Shown: positions 9,127 to 20,900 of the stretch, one piece after another | Position numbering within the stretch: the first letter of the stretch is position 1 | Layout of the letters: every line of letters begins with the position of its first letter | IMG/VR virus record: IMGVR_UViG_3300034102_001514 | Location: 1-64,000 of that record | DNA length: 64,000 bases | Reading direction: 5' to 3' (one strand) | Source: a virus | Notes under the pieces: model-generated | Database searches by the model: none | What the model was told of the DNA's origin: nothing | Seen by the model: the letters and a program-made list of their open reading frames with translations, nothing else | Made by a program: the position numbers and the translations under genes

Positions 9127-12100
9127 TTATAAATATCTTATAGATGAAAACCCTTTGATTTTATTGATGTCAATAATGAAATCTACCATATCTCTTGTTT
9201 TGTCAATGTGTGAAATGGTGATTATAAAATCAAACTGCGTCTTTAGATAATCAAATAATAAATAGAGTGAGTTAAAGTTGTCCGTGTCTAATGAACCAAA
9301 CCCCTCATCAATTGCAATAAAGTTTGGTCGTGGTAAATTAGATACATTTATCAAAGCGGTTCGGATTGCGATAGATGAAATAAACTTTTCCATACCACTT
9401 GTAAGTTCTAATGGCCAGTATTCAGTATCAGAATAAGCAATAAATGAATTGATATTTTTACCATCCGTATTCAATAGAATTTGAAAATCTACAATAGGTG
9501 AAAGAATATTGTTAATTTCCATTTCTAATTTTGGAAGAACCTCTGAAATAAGATTGTATGGAATACCATCCCTCTTTACACATTTGAGGTAGTATTCATA
9601 ACCATCATATTTCGTTTCCATACCACGAAGTTTTTCCAAAGATTGGTGAACATTCTCAATCGTTTTTTCAGCGACCTTAATCTCTGAATTGATGTGCATT
9701 AATTCGTTGGTAGTTTCTTTTATTGAATCTTCAATTTCAGTTCTTTTACCTTTTAAAGATTGTATCTTTTCTTTTACCAACTTGTTATGCTCTACCGCTT
9801 GTTGTTGGTTCTTTGCTTTTTGAATATCAATTTCTAAATTTTTAATAGAGGTATCATAATCTTTAACAAGCGACAAACACGACTCATATGAACGACTAAT
9901 CTTTAACCATTCTTTTTCTAATTTAGAAGAAGTTTCGGAAAGCTCATCCCAAAGTTTTAGTTCTTTGGTTACATCATTTTGATTTCGTAGTGTCATTACA
10001 TCCATACGCTTGGTCACCAACTCACTATATTCATTACCAAGCTTTTGTAGTTCATCTTCAAGGGTTTGAGCTTGTTTTGCAAATGGTGTGTTTTTATTAC
10101 TTACACAATGGTCACAATTATCATCAAAGGTAAGAGACCCAATGCCATCCAAATGTTTTTTAGCGTGAATCATTTGAGATTCTAACTTATCAAGTTGAAC
10201 TCCGATTTCATTAAACTTATTGTTGTAAGTTTTATATTGTTCGTTTTTTTCTTTTAAGTCATCAATGTTTAAATTAGATATCTTTGACTCAACATCTCCT
10301 TGTTTGGCTTCTATACTTTTAAGTTCCGAAAAATTTATACCACATTCGGTCTCTTGCGTTTTTCGTTGTTTGTTAAGTGATTCTAAATGGGATTCTAATT
10401 GTTCTACATCACCAACATCATCAACGGGCTTTAAACTACCAACTTCAAACTCAATCTTTGTGTTGATTGAATCTCGGTGAGAATCCAATTTAAGACGCTT
10501 ATCTTCTAATTGGGTTAAAGAACCTGTAATAGATGTTAAAGTGTCCTCAGCGTCAGCTAATTGTGTAGGAAGGTCTTGATTCTTGTAATCTTTTAGAAGA
10601 GCGGATAGTTCTTTGATTTCTTCACTTGCAATTTGGTAAAGAGATTCAAATACATCCATATCCAAAAATTGCGCAAGTAGTTCCTTTCGTTCTTTTTGTG
10701 ACTTGTCAATAAAGCCAGTATTGTTTGATTGGGTGGACATTGCTGTAAGGATGAAGTCATCATAAGTTCCTACATACTCACGGATAATAAAGTTTGTATC
10801 TCTTCGTTGTTCTCCGTTAAGAGATTCTATGACACCATTTTCTATTTTGTAAAAGTTTGTATCTACCTTTACAGTTCCCCTCTTTGGAGATTTCTTTGCA
10901 CCTCGTTCAATTACATAGTCAACACCATTGAGGTCAAAAGTAAATTTACAATCAAACGAATTTTTAGAATAGTTCATCACATCCTCAGCTTTTGAGGTTC
11001 GTGAACATTTGTCAAAGATGCAAAACGACAAAGCATCCCACAGGGTTGACTTACCACTTGCGTTTGGTGCAAAGATTCCATACGCGCCTTTCATATTACT
11101 GAAATCAATGATGTTGTTTGGTCCGTATGAAAACATATTTGAAAATTCAAATGTTTTTGGAATCCAAGTAGAATTCAGTTTGATAGTGTGACTACCCAAC
11201 TTAGCGTTAAGGTCCGTGTTAATTCCCTTTACAACACTCATTTGGTCTTCGGTCAAGTGTTCCGTATCCGAAAGGTATTCTTCAATTAATTTATTTTGAT
11301 ATGCAACATCACGCACATTTTGAAGAACAATCTTTTCGCTTTCGTTAGAATTCTTATGAGTAATAACCTTTTGAACCGTCAGTTCTTGAATTTGTCTACC
11401 CTTCTTTAGTTCTGCAATCAATTTGTTTAGGTCAGCAGCTTTGGTATTTTTAACACGAATTCTCATTCGTGGTTTTTGTGGAATTGGTGAGTTAGATACA
11501 ATCTTACCATTCTCAACATCAACCGTCACATACCCATATGGATTTTTAATCTGAACAAACTCGTTTCTTTTTGTATCAACATCCCATATCAAAATTCCGT
11601 GTTCTGGAAACACCGACTCAGCGTGGTTCTGCATAATCAAGGAACCTGGATACTTAATCCAATCATTACCCAATACACCATTGTTTGGTTTGTGAATATC
11701 TCCAAGAAGAACAATATCATATCCCTTGAAATTATCTACAAGAACTTTTTTGTTTTCAATTACAAACCCAAACTCGGTCACAATTTTATCAACTGCTCCG
11801 TGGAATAATGCAATCTTATAGTCACACCCTTCAATATCAACTGGTGGTGGAAATCCCGGCGATTCATCAAATACTGACTGATGTGAGAACGAACAATTAC
11901 CAATCTTCCAAACGCCGGTATCACGAAGGTAGTATAGATTATCAAGCTTCAGCGCATTTACAATAGGTTGTAAAGCGTCCATACGAGATGGATTATTTAA
12001 ATTAGCATCGTGATTACCCGGAATTACAATGGTTGGTAGTAGGTCTGATAAACGAGTAAAGAACTCTTGTGTTAAATCAACTACTTCCGGTGACATATCC

Positions 12101-12297
12101 GTTTTTGCGTGAACAATATCCCCAGCAACCACAATGATGTCATTTTCCACCATTGTAGACAAAATTTGTCCATAAAGTTGGGAAAACACATCACGATACT
12201 CGGAATGTCTTTTTAGGTTTCTAATATGGACATCAGCGATGTGATAAATCTTACCAATCTTTTCTATACCAATATTAAGAGTTTTAATTTTACTCAT
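9127..12297 (-). CDS. Fused SbcD(Mre11/gp47)-SbcC(Rad50/gp46) recombination nuclease-ATPase
   Basis: DVH, GDIVH, GNHD, GDIHK phosphoesterase motifs; Walker A NASGKST, CxxC zinc hook (CDHC) in coiled coil, LTSGMEK signature, IDEGFGSLD Walker B. Confidence 0.93.
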   Translation of the reverse strand: MSKIKTLNIGIEKIGKIYHIADVHIRNLKRHSEYRDVFSQLYGQILSTMVENDIIVVAGDIVHAKTDMSPEVVDLTQEFFTRLSDLLPTIVIPGNHDANLNNPSRMDALQPIVNALKLDNLYYLRDTGVWKIGNCSFSHQSVFDESPGFPPPVDIEGCDYKIALFHGAVDKIVTEFGFVIENKKVLVDNFKGYDIVLLGDIHKPNNGVLGNDWIKYPGSLIMQNHAESVFPEHGILIWDVDTKRNEFVQIKNPYGYVTVDVENGKIVSNSPIPQKPRMRIRVKNTKAADLNKLIAELKKGRQIQELTVQKVITHKNSNESEKIVLQNVRDVAYQNKLIEEYLSDTEHLTEDQMSVVKGINTDLNAKLGSHTIKLNSTWIPKTFEFSNMFSYGPNNIIDFSNMKGAYGIFAPNASGKSTLWDALSFCIFDKCSRTSKAEDVMNYSKNSFDCKFTFDLNGVDYVIERGAKKSPKRGTVKVDTNFYKIENGVIESLNGEQRRDTNFIIREYVGTYDDFILTAMSTQSNNTGFIDKSQKERKELLAQFLDMDVFESLYQIASEEIKELSALLKDYKNQDLPTQLADAEDTLTSITGSLTQLEDKRLKLDSHRDSINTKIEFEVGSLKPVDDVGDVEQLESHLESLNKQRKTQETECGINFSELKSIEAKQGDVESKISNLNIDDLKEKNEQYKTYNNKFNEIGVQLDKLESQMIHAKKHLDGIGSLTFDDNCDHCVSNKNTPFAKQAQTLEDELQKLGNEYSELVTKRMDVMTLRNQNDVTKELKLWDELSETSSKLEKEWLKISRSYESCLSLVKDYDTSIKNLEIDIQKAKNQQQAVEHNKLVKEKIQSLKGKRTEIEDSIKETTNELMHINSEIKVAEKTIENVHQSLEKLRGMETKYDGYEYYLKCVKRDGIPYNLISEVLPKLEMEINNILSPIVDFQILLNTDGKNINSFIAYSDTEYWPLELTSGMEKFISSIAIRTALINVSNLPRPNFIAIDEGFGSLDTDNFNSLYLLFDYLKTQFDFIITISHIDKTRDMVDFIIDINKIKGFSSIRYL

Positions 12298-13229
12298 AAG
12301 CCGTTCATCTTCAACTCAACCAACCTTCGGAGTGTTAAGGATGGTGTATTGTAAATAAGTTTATTTATATTTTCATATCCCATGTCAGATGGGTCTTTAT
12401 CTTTTAACTCCACTAAATGCGTTTCAATTCCATACGATACAAACTTTTCAGCCAACCCTATGGAATTTTTTATAGCATCCGAATCTAAACAAATATACAA
12501 CTTTTTTACCAATTTTCCAAGTATTTTTTTTTCAAGACTTGGTTGTATTGATTTACCGAAAAGTGGTATAGCGTTTCTTCTAATTGAAATAGCGTCAAAC
12601 GCACCCTCACATAGGATAATTGGAGTATCCCAATTAACCAATAAATCAAATCCAACTATGTCTTTGGAAACCTTTGGATTTTTGTGTTTAAACTTTGTAT
12701 CATAAAATGACCTACCAACAAAGTAGTTTAACTTACCACTCCCATCATAGGATGGTATAATAACTTTATTATCGTATTCACCACTTTCACAATATCCAAT
12801 ATTGTATTTAACAATATCTTCAGCACGAACCCCCCTACTTAACAAGTAATTCATAGCGTGTTTCCACTTGATGGAGTCTGACTTTTGGTAGAGTGGTTTA
12901 AATTCTTTTGGAAGTTCTACTTGCTCTACAACTTCGCCAGTTTCATACTCACTTGCGTATCTATTTACCTTGCTGAAGATTGAATTGTATTCATCCCAAG
13001 TTTGTTTAGATACACGAAGCTTTTTAAAAAGTGACTTGATTGTTCTACCCTTTTCATCGGAAATCCAACAATGCCAAGGATTTTCTCCTTTGGAATTTAA
13101 TCGTATATTAATTTCTAATTTTCTTTTGTAGTGGTCTACAAATGGAGAATAGAACGAGTAATTGTCGCCCGAAGTTTTCTTGGATTTACCAAGAATAGAT
13201 TCTAAAAGTGATAATAGTCTTTCCTCCAT
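12294..13229 (-). CDS. DNA primase (DnaG-like, TOPRIM)
   Basis: YLLSRG, FVGRS, CEGAFDA, CLDSDA, KDPSD motifs; N-terminal zinc-finger-like region. Confidence 0.88.
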   Translation of the reverse strand: MEERLLSLLESILGKSKKTSGDNYSFYSPFVDHYKRKLEINIRLNSKGENPWHCWISDEKGRTIKSLFKKLRVSKQTWDEYNSIFSKVNRYASEYETGEVVEQVELPKEFKPLYQKSDSIKWKHAMNYLLSRGVRAEDIVKYNIGYCESGEYDNKVIIPSYDGSGKLNYFVGRSFYDTKFKHKNPKVSKDIVGFDLLVNWDTPIILCEGAFDAISIRRNAIPLFGKSIQPSLEKKILGKLVKKLYICLDSDAIKNSIGLAEKFVSYGIETHLVELKDKDPSDMGYENINKLIYNTPSLTLRRLVELKMNGL

Positions 13230-13249
13230 ACCACTAATATACGAAATAT

Positions 13250-13678
13250 TTATGAGAAATCAAAGAAATTTTGTTTAGGGGTTTCTTCAATCCATATTTG
13301 TGGAATTTGTTTACTAGCCCACTTGAATCCGTGTTTATCACACCATTGAGCATAAGTAGTTTTTGAACCCTTATAAATTTTACCATTTGGAGATTGAAGA
13401 ATAAATCTCAAATCCATTTCAGGATGTTGTTCTTTGATGAGTAAGTGTTTTTTTCTATCTTCAGGCAAAAACCACCCCTTTGATTCTATATAGATTCCGT
13501 TTGGTAATTTAAAGTCCGGCTTATAAGTGTGATGTGATGCTGGGATGGTGTATGATACTTCGTGTTTCTCGTATTCGCCATCAATTCCTTGAATTCTTAA
13601 CTGTTCGTTAATTTTAGTTTCAAGACCAGACTTATGTCCTTTGGTCTTTTGGATATGACTCCAATTTCCATTTGCCAT
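13250..13678 (-). CDS. T7 endonuclease I-like Holliday junction resolvase
   Basis: SGLE...YKPDFKLPNGIYIESKGWF..DRKKHLLIKEQHP. Confidence 0.9.
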   Translation of the reverse strand: MANGNWSHIQKTKGHKSGLETKINEQLRIQGIDGEYEKHEVSYTIPASHHTYKPDFKLPNGIYIESKGWFLPEDRKKHLLIKEQHPEMDLRFILQSPNGKIYKGSKTTYAQWCDKHGFKWASKQIPQIWIEETPKQNFFDFS

Positions 13679-13687
13679 AACTTTTAT

Positions 13688-15409
13688 TTAATCTATATCA
13701 AATTTAACCTGAATTGTTACATCCACATCATTTCTTCTTTTTAAGGGAGACCCTAATTTTGCCGTAGCCAACAAATCACCACTATCATTGTATAACCCAA
13801 GTGTAGTCACATATGGATAAAATGAAGATGATGTTGTGAATTCAGCCAATTGAAATTCATTTTCACTTGGGGTATATCTTGCGGATGGATTGGATGTAAC
13901 AAGAAATTCTTCTTTACCAATTTCACAAAGAGCAACTATTTCTTCTACGACTTTTGTTGAACGATAATCAACTTGATAACCCGAAGAGGTGGTATATGTA
14001 ATATTACCATCACCCAAAAGAACATTTTGATATCGTGGTCTTGGGTCGGTCACTACAATCATACCTTGTTTGTAGAATACATACCCAACATCATTTTTTT
14101 GAAGGTATGAACCACTAATAACATTATTGTCAGCAAGTGATGATACTTCGGATGTGGTAAATGCTTCACGATGTAATCTAAATTCATCAAGTGAACCACT
14201 AAATGCGGAAATTCCACCATATGAATCATTGCCAATTAAAATATCTTTTTGGTTATTGATATTAAATGGATATGAAACTGACTGACTTGCTACTCTTGCA
14301 CCATTTACCCAAATTTCATATAGAGAACCCGTCTTGTTAAATGTAAAATGTCTATATGAACCATCGTTGTATTGTGCTGATGAAGTTACACGATTGGTAG
14401 AAGTTCCATCAGATGTTTCAAAAAATACTTTACCATTTACATCACTATATGAAGTATAAACACCCACTTTAAAGGGGTATGAACCTACTTCGGAGTTTTG
14501 AGTAGTGATAGTTCCATTTTCGTTTATGTATCGTTCTGCGATGTGTTTTGATACTATAAGTTTTTCAGTATCAGTACCAGATTGAGATGGTGGTAAACTT
14601 GCCCAAAATGAAATACCCCAATTATCTCTTTTATTAAAAACATCAAAGTTAGAATTATGTCTTACAAGAATACTTTGACTTTGACCACCAAAGACATATG
14701 CATATCCAGTTCCACCAACACCACTTGTAGTTGAAATACCACCACCCCCTCCACCAGATTGTGGTCCTACGGGTGATATATATCCAAAGGTTCCGGCCGA
14801 CAAACTTGAAGATAACGGATATCCTAATTCATTTGGATTTAAACTTGAAGTATCACCAATTAAATACACAAGTCGCTCAGGAGCTGTCATTTCACCAGCG
14901 TAACTTACACCATACGATGGTATAAGATTAGCAAGGGCTTCAAAAGTTACAGTATTGTTTTCAAATAAAAGAGTTACAACCCCAGAGCCGGGAAATTGAA
15001 ATCCCGTTACTCTAGCTAAACTTGAGGTAACACCCGTATTTCTATTAACAAATGGATAGTAAACACTATAATCGGTAGATGAACTAAAGTAGTTATTTGA
15101 TGAAGCCGCCCACAATCCGCCTGAAATAGCAGCTGCTAATGAAGCACTAGCGGCTGTATCAGCAACTACAGCAGCATTACTTAATTCACCACCATACAGT
15201 GTAATTCCATCTAAAACAAGATTATCATGGTGAGTTCTTGAAGCGGATACCACAACCGATGGTGAGAATATATCATCTAAAGTTAATGGTAAATTTACGT
15301 TAAGGCTTTTAGAGCCACTTTGAACTCCAAGAAAGGTTCCACCATTTCCTACCGAAAGGTTTTCAGAATCGGTAGTAAAATAACCTATAGATGTAGTAGT
15401 CCAAGCCAT
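13688..15409 (-). CDS. LamG/concanavalin-like domain tail/baseplate protein
   Basis: ISFW..., NDGSYRHF, WVNG, FSGSLDEFRLH LamG motifs; C-terminal YVTTLGLYNDSGDLLATAKL tail-collar-like motif. Confidence 0.75.
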   Translation of the reverse strand: MAWTTTSIGYFTTDSENLSVGNGGTFLGVQSGSKSLNVNLPLTLDDIFSPSVVVSASRTHHDNLVLDGITLYGGELSNAAVVADTAASASLAAAISGGLWAASSNNYFSSSTDYSVYYPFVNRNTGVTSSLARVTGFQFPGSGVVTLLFENNTVTFEALANLIPSYGVSYAGEMTAPERLVYLIGDTSSLNPNELGYPLSSSLSAGTFGYISPVGPQSGGGGGGISTTSGVGGTGYAYVFGGQSQSILVRHNSNFDVFNKRDNWGISFWASLPPSQSGTDTEKLIVSKHIAERYINENGTITTQNSEVGSYPFKVGVYTSYSDVNGKVFFETSDGTSTNRVTSSAQYNDGSYRHFTFNKTGSLYEIWVNGARVASQSVSYPFNINNQKDILIGNDSYGGISAFSGSLDEFRLHREAFTTSEVSSLADNNVISGSYLQKNDVGYVFYKQGMIVVTDPRPRYQNVLLGDGNITYTTSSGYQVDYRSTKVVEEIVALCEIGKEEFLVTSNPSARYTPSENEFQLAEFTTSSSFYPYVTTLGLYNDSGDLLATAKLGSPLKRRNDVDVTIQVKFDID

Positions 15410-15410
15410 A

Positions 15411-15983
15411 TCAACTCACTATAATTTCGTTTTGAAAATTTGAAGAGTCAATAACTCGCGTTGAATCAAATGATAATTTTAATACAACATTTGATTGGTT
15501 TACTTTTACTGAAGAGGTTAATTCACTTGCGATTAATAAGCCATAAGAGTCATCCATTGATTGGTCGTATAATTTTATTGATGCTGATGGATAGTGTGAA
15601 TTATCCAAAATAAACACCGACCCGGGCTTAATACCATCACCAAACTTATTTACAGGTATAGACATCACCGAAGCGGTGTCATATAAAGTCTTATCTGATT
15701 CTTGGAAAAATACTTGATTAAGAGAACTCCAAAGAACCTCTTGTGATACTTGGGTCATTGACCCCCAAGCGTTTGTGTTGAAGTGAGTATTTGGGTCTAC
15801 TGCAATACTACCATTGACCGAAGATGAAATTTCTACTTTCGTATTATTTGGATTGATTGCTCGTAATACTTGTATTCCAAAAGATGATGAGTAATTTACA
15901 TTAGTTACTTCATATCTTTTGTGAGCCTTAAAGGGTCTTCGTTGTAAACCCTCTTGGAATATTTTTTTGAATACAATACTCAT
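15411..15983 (-). CDS. Virion structural protein
   Basis: Within tail block; FGDGIKPGS motif. Confidence 0.55.
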   Translation of the reverse strand: MSIVFKKIFQEGLQRRPFKAHKRYEVTNVNYSSSFGIQVLRAINPNNTKVEISSSVNGSIAVDPNTHFNTNAWGSMTQVSQEVLWSSLNQVFFQESDKTLYDTASVMSIPVNKFGDGIKPGSVFILDNSHYPSASIKLYDQSMDDSYGLLIASELTSSVKVNQSNVVLKLSFDSTRVIDSSNFQNEIIVS

Positions 15984-15998
15984 TTAATACAAACATCT

Positions 15999-17192
15999 TT
16001 AAAAATCAAGTTTAACCTTAACAAGGACCTCGTTTGAAAATGACTTTAAGATTGGTTTAGATAGTTTAGCAATTGCTAATAACTCATTATCGTTGTTATA
16101 TAATCCAACAGTTGTGATGTAAGTTTTTGGGTCACCAATAAAGGTAGATTGACCCAAGTCACCATCTGAACCTGTTACATAGGATGGGTTATTTGAAAAG
16201 TTGTATTCTGCGTTTTTAACCCTTGTAAAAAAGAATGTGGATTTAACTTCTTCTTCGTTTCTTGCTTGGAAACCATTACTTGAATTTGCTACAGCAGCAC
16301 CACTAATTGCAAGGAATAATTTATTATGATTCTGAGCATTACTATTTGTTCTAACAGTTCCCAAAGAAGCAGAAGCGTCAAGAGCCGCTGGGTTTAAGAT
16401 AATTACACCTCTATGTGGGTATACAGCTCCAAATATTTGTGTTGTAGAAAATACACCACTAGCAAGAGAACCTGATACAACATTGTATGATTCTGCGTCA
16501 TTAGATGAATTTTGATTTACATCACCACTATCATCAATTAAATAAAGTGTTTTGCCAGAACCTGATAATACCAATTCCCAATTACCTCTATCCAATTTAT
16601 CTTTCAATCTTGCTCTATTAATTGTAATAGCGTAGATATCATCAGAAGTTGCGGTTCCAAATGTAAATTGAGTTTGGGTTGATGGTAAAAGTGTTTGTTG
16701 ATATTGACCATAAATTGCTTTAGATGGAGCATCATAATCAGGCGCAGTACTTAATGAACCACTACCCAATCTATGTCCATATGCAACCGAAAATTGAGGC
16801 TCTGAAGTTGAAGTGGATGGATTACCATTATAAATTTCATAGTAATATGATTTTTGAGTAGCAGACTGAAATGATGAAGTGAAGAACGTAGTTAATTCGC
16901 CAACATTACCACTCCACAAACCACGGGTAATTCTTTGATTACCACCTTCAACTACATCATCCGTAGTGAATGCTGTGTAAACTTTTCCATTACCAACATT
17001 GTATGCGCCAGCAGGAACAATAGGAGTTCTATTTTCACTAATGTCAAACGACAAAAGTTGTTGAGCGGTTAAGGTGCTTGCTGGTGGTGTTCCTGATGGG
17101 GATGGTGTGGTATTACCACCTACACCACCAACATTTCCAGTTGAACCACCACCGGCTGGATTATTGAAAGAAAAAATTGGAGAATCTGACAT
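15999..17192 (-). CDS. Virion structural (tail/baseplate) protein
   Basis: C-terminal YITTVGLYNNDNELLAIAKLSKP..VKVKLDF, paralogous to C-terminus of 13688..15409. Confidence 0.65.
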   Translation of the reverse strand: MSDSPIFSFNNPAGGGSTGNVGGVGGNTTPSPSGTPPASTLTAQQLLSFDISENRTPIVPAGAYNVGNGKVYTAFTTDDVVEGGNQRITRGLWSGNVGELTTFFTSSFQSATQKSYYYEIYNGNPSTSTSEPQFSVAYGHRLGSGSLSTAPDYDAPSKAIYGQYQQTLLPSTQTQFTFGTATSDDIYAITINRARLKDKLDRGNWELVLSGSGKTLYLIDDSGDVNQNSSNDAESYNVVSGSLASGVFSTTQIFGAVYPHRGVIILNPAALDASASLGTVRTNSNAQNHNKLFLAISGAAVANSSNGFQARNEEEVKSTFFFTRVKNAEYNFSNNPSYVTGSDGDLGQSTFIGDPKTYITTVGLYNNDNELLAIAKLSKPILKSFSNEVLVKVKLDF

Positions 17193-17210
17193 ATTTTGTC
17201 CTTTTTAATT

Positions 17211-17879
17211 TTATAGTCCTGCGACAGTTCGTGTGTTTAACACTCTACCTGTGAATGGGTTTACGGTTAAAGTTACTTCGGTTCTACCGCCGGTCTCATT
17301 ACCAATAAAGATAATACGAGTTGTAATTGCGGTAGCGGATGGAAGAACTTTTGTTGTGATTGTGAATGCGTCTTTACCAACCACCGTAACACTCTTATTA
17401 GAGATGTATGATGTTGTATTAACACTTGGAGAAGTTCCACCAGGAACACCAGGATTACCAACGATATTTGCTGCGTCTGAATTTAACAACACTGCGGTGT
17501 ATCCTAATAATGAGTTTCCACCATTTTTGGTTGTGATGTTGATAGTAGAAGTAATGCCGGATTCTTCCAAAGAAAGAGTGGTTACTGAAGGAACGATAAT
17601 TGGAAGTTTTATGGTTGATTTTGGAAGAGTCAACAATTTAAACTTCATAGTGTAGTTTTCATCAGTTAGGGCTTCTAATACCGGCATATTCTCAATAATT
17701 GCGCCATAGTAATCAGAGCCCAATGAGTGTGCTGGATTCCAAAGGTTGTAATCAACCTCATCATCTGCTAATGCAAATTGTGTGATTTGAAACTTATCAC
17801 GACCTTGTGCAAGAAGTTCTCTTCCCTTTTTGGTCAAAATCGCATCAACAGTTACCGATGAATTATCTAAATATCCCAT
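17211..17879 (-). CDS. Virion structural protein (baseplate/tail)
   Basis: MGYLDNS..VDAILTKKGRELLA..FALADDEVDY motif typical of tail genes in large phages. Confidence 0.65.
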   Translation of the reverse strand: MGYLDNSSVTVDAILTKKGRELLAQGRDKFQITQFALADDEVDYNLWNPAHSLGSDYYGAIIENMPVLEALTDENYTMKFKLLTLPKSTIKLPIIVPSVTTLSLEESGITSTINITTKNGGNSLLGYTAVLLNSDAANIVGNPGVPGGTSPSVNTTSYISNKSVTVVGKDAFTITTKVLPSATAITTRIIFIGNETGGRTEVTLTVNPFTGRVLNTRTVAGL

Positions 17880-17930
17880 AGTGTTTCCTTATTTTATGTA
17901 TATAAATATCATTTTTTTATTAAATTAAAC

Positions 17931-20900
17931 TTAACCATTTCGTGGTTGTATAAAATTTGTTTGAATTGTCACATTTCCTGCCACTTGTTGTTGTGTAGAA
18001 ACAGCATCTCTATACAAAGGTCTTGATGGAATTGTATAAATAAATGGTGCATTCAATACAGCTTGTTCCGTGTCAATATCATTTCTTTTTTGAGTTGATG
18101 TTTGAGAAATGGATTCTTCGTAATTTTGTAAAGAAATTAATTCAGTTGGAACCATAGTTTGAATTGGTTCAGCTGAGCCTATTCTTAAATCACCATCTAA
18201 TGCTGTTTTAGTTGATAGAACCAATGTATTTGAATCAACTACATTTACTTCAATTACAGGACCACCATCTGGTGTATCCGTTGAATCCGTGGTTAAAGAA
18301 TCTGAAGTAATTCTACATCCATTGAAGTATAGATTTTCAATTGACAATCCACGATATTCCTGTACATCCGCTGGCGAAAGTGATGATGAGAACGCCTCAT
18401 TTCTACTTGCGGAACCAGCCGTTGAAAAGAATCTATTAACGATGAACGCTTGACTTGTGGTTCTAGCGTTTACCGCTTGACTTCCGGTTGGTGAATATTC
18501 CCAATATCCATTTGTTCTATTAACATAAGTGGTTACAGAGTCACAAACTAAACTTGATGATATAAATTCTGCAAACTCATCTTGAGTAGGGTCATTAGTT
18601 GATGATAGTATGAATACACGGTTTTGACTGTTGAAGCTAGCGTCAATAGTATATCCACTTGTAAGTTCAATAGTTCCTTGGCTATCATCCGTAGTTATTA
18701 AACTAACACTTGCGCTAATTGAAAAACCACCGCTCACAAATACCATTTCGTTATTTTTGTCAACAACCCAAAGAATGCTTGATGTTATATGCGATAGTAA
18801 AGAAGCGTTTGTAGTAATTGATGTAAAATTAAACTGATTATTACCACCAGCCAAATTATCGCTTAAAACACTAGCACTTACATTTGTTGAAACAATACTA
18901 CACGAAATACTTGATGATAGAGTTGCAATTTGATATTGGTATGTTGATGGTAGATAGTTGTATAAATCAATAGCACCATCATTTACAATACCAGACCCAC
19001 TACTAAATCCATAGTCATTTCTACTTGCGGTGATGTTTGATTCAACATAAAAAGGTATAGTCCCAACATACTGATGGAAATCTCGTGTAATACCACGATT
19101 TCTTTTGTATTTGTTTCGTTCAAGGATGTGTGGTTCAATTAAGATACCACTCATATAATTTACACGAGCAGGAAGAACTTGTTTGATTTGACTAAAAATA
19201 GATGAATCATATCTAGCCAATAAACTTAAAATAAGATTTAATGCAGTCTTGGTTGTGTATTTAGCAAAGTAGTTTTGAGACCTATATCTTAAAAGTGGAT
19301 ATGACTCATTGTATCTTTCATCAGTATCACCAACCCAATCATCAATTTCAAAATAACCTTCGGAATTATAAATGTCGTAGTTTACAGTATCCGTAGTTGA
19401 AAAGTAAACACCAACCAAGTTTGAATCAAGTGGAGCGTAATCATACTGACTATTTTCTTGTGATTTATCAGGTGATAATACACCAGCCAGACTTGATGAT
19501 TCAATACGAATTTTATTGTTGTTTACATTTAATGCGCCTGCTGATGGAATCTTTGAGTAGTATGTATCTAACTCACCTTCAAGGTCAGCTGCTGAAACAC
19601 TTGGTCCAAATGAACAACTTAAAATTTTACCAGTAGAGGTAGTAGTTACTTCTTGGTTTGGGTGTAATGAACCACTATTCCAATTTGAACCACCATATTT
19701 ACTATCAAAAAATTGTCTATACAATAAAGTCACCAATGAACCTGTCGTATCAAGGTCGGTTGTGTTATCATCAATAAAGTAAGCATCACGATTTTTTGCG
19801 TGGTCTTCAACAATCTCTTGACTGATAGTGTTATAGTAGTATCTTAATTCTTGTAAATTAAATTGAGTGTAATCATTATCAGTTGGAGAACCAACATTTA
19901 AAGAACCATTACTCCCCCAAATTGCCGTAACAGTGCCTGGTGTAGCTATCGAAGCACTAACACTTGAAAGAATACCACCAAAGTTATCCGGCATAGCCGC
20001 TCTTAAAGATGTAGTTGTTGAATCGTTATTTAAAACTATTACAACATCTCTACTACCATTCCAAGTAAAGTTATTTGTGGTTAATAATGAGGTTGAGCCA
20101 GAAACTAATGTAAAGTTAGCAGTAGTAGAATTAACACCATTAAATTTAACTGACATCCTTTCTCCCGGAACAACCATATCAAAAATAGTGTATTCGCCAG
20201 TTGCACCACCATCATCCGAACCAATACTTGCAGGTAATTTTGCAATAACCTCAATACTATATGGAAATCTTGATGAATAACCTTCGGGTTGAATTTGTCC
20301 CCAAGGGTTTACAATATACTTTCCAGCTTGAGCATCAATGTTTACTTTGTATACAAACCTTTCGTGTTCGTATTGGTTTGGAACATCAATAATTGTAGGA
20401 CCACCATATTCACGGATTTGTAGGAACGCTTGTGGAATACCATATGTAGCGAGAAGTGCTTTGATTGACCTTGGAGTTCCTTTTGTTTTGTAAATGTATG
20501 GTAAATTATTTACAATCCTTCTCCAAGTTTCTTTTACAATTTTTTCTCTTGATTTGGTTTTTAATTGACCTGTTTGAGCTAACGAACCTGTTTGGTTGGT
20601 TCCAAGAACATAAGTCCATAAGTCTGAATCACCATATCCGTTTGATAAAGACCAACCCATTGATTTTGCAACATTGAATAGTAAATCATCGGACATACCA
20701 TCCCACGGATGCTCTTCTCTTTTGTTGATATCACTTAATGAATTTATATAGGTCCACGAAATATCAAAGTGTTGACCAATCATATCAATGAATGTAATGT
20801 AATCCGAATTTTTATCATCCTCTTGTAGATGAATTGGAATAAAATTACGAAGTCTTGCCGGGTTTTGTGAGTCATACAACGATGCTGATGATTGAACCCC

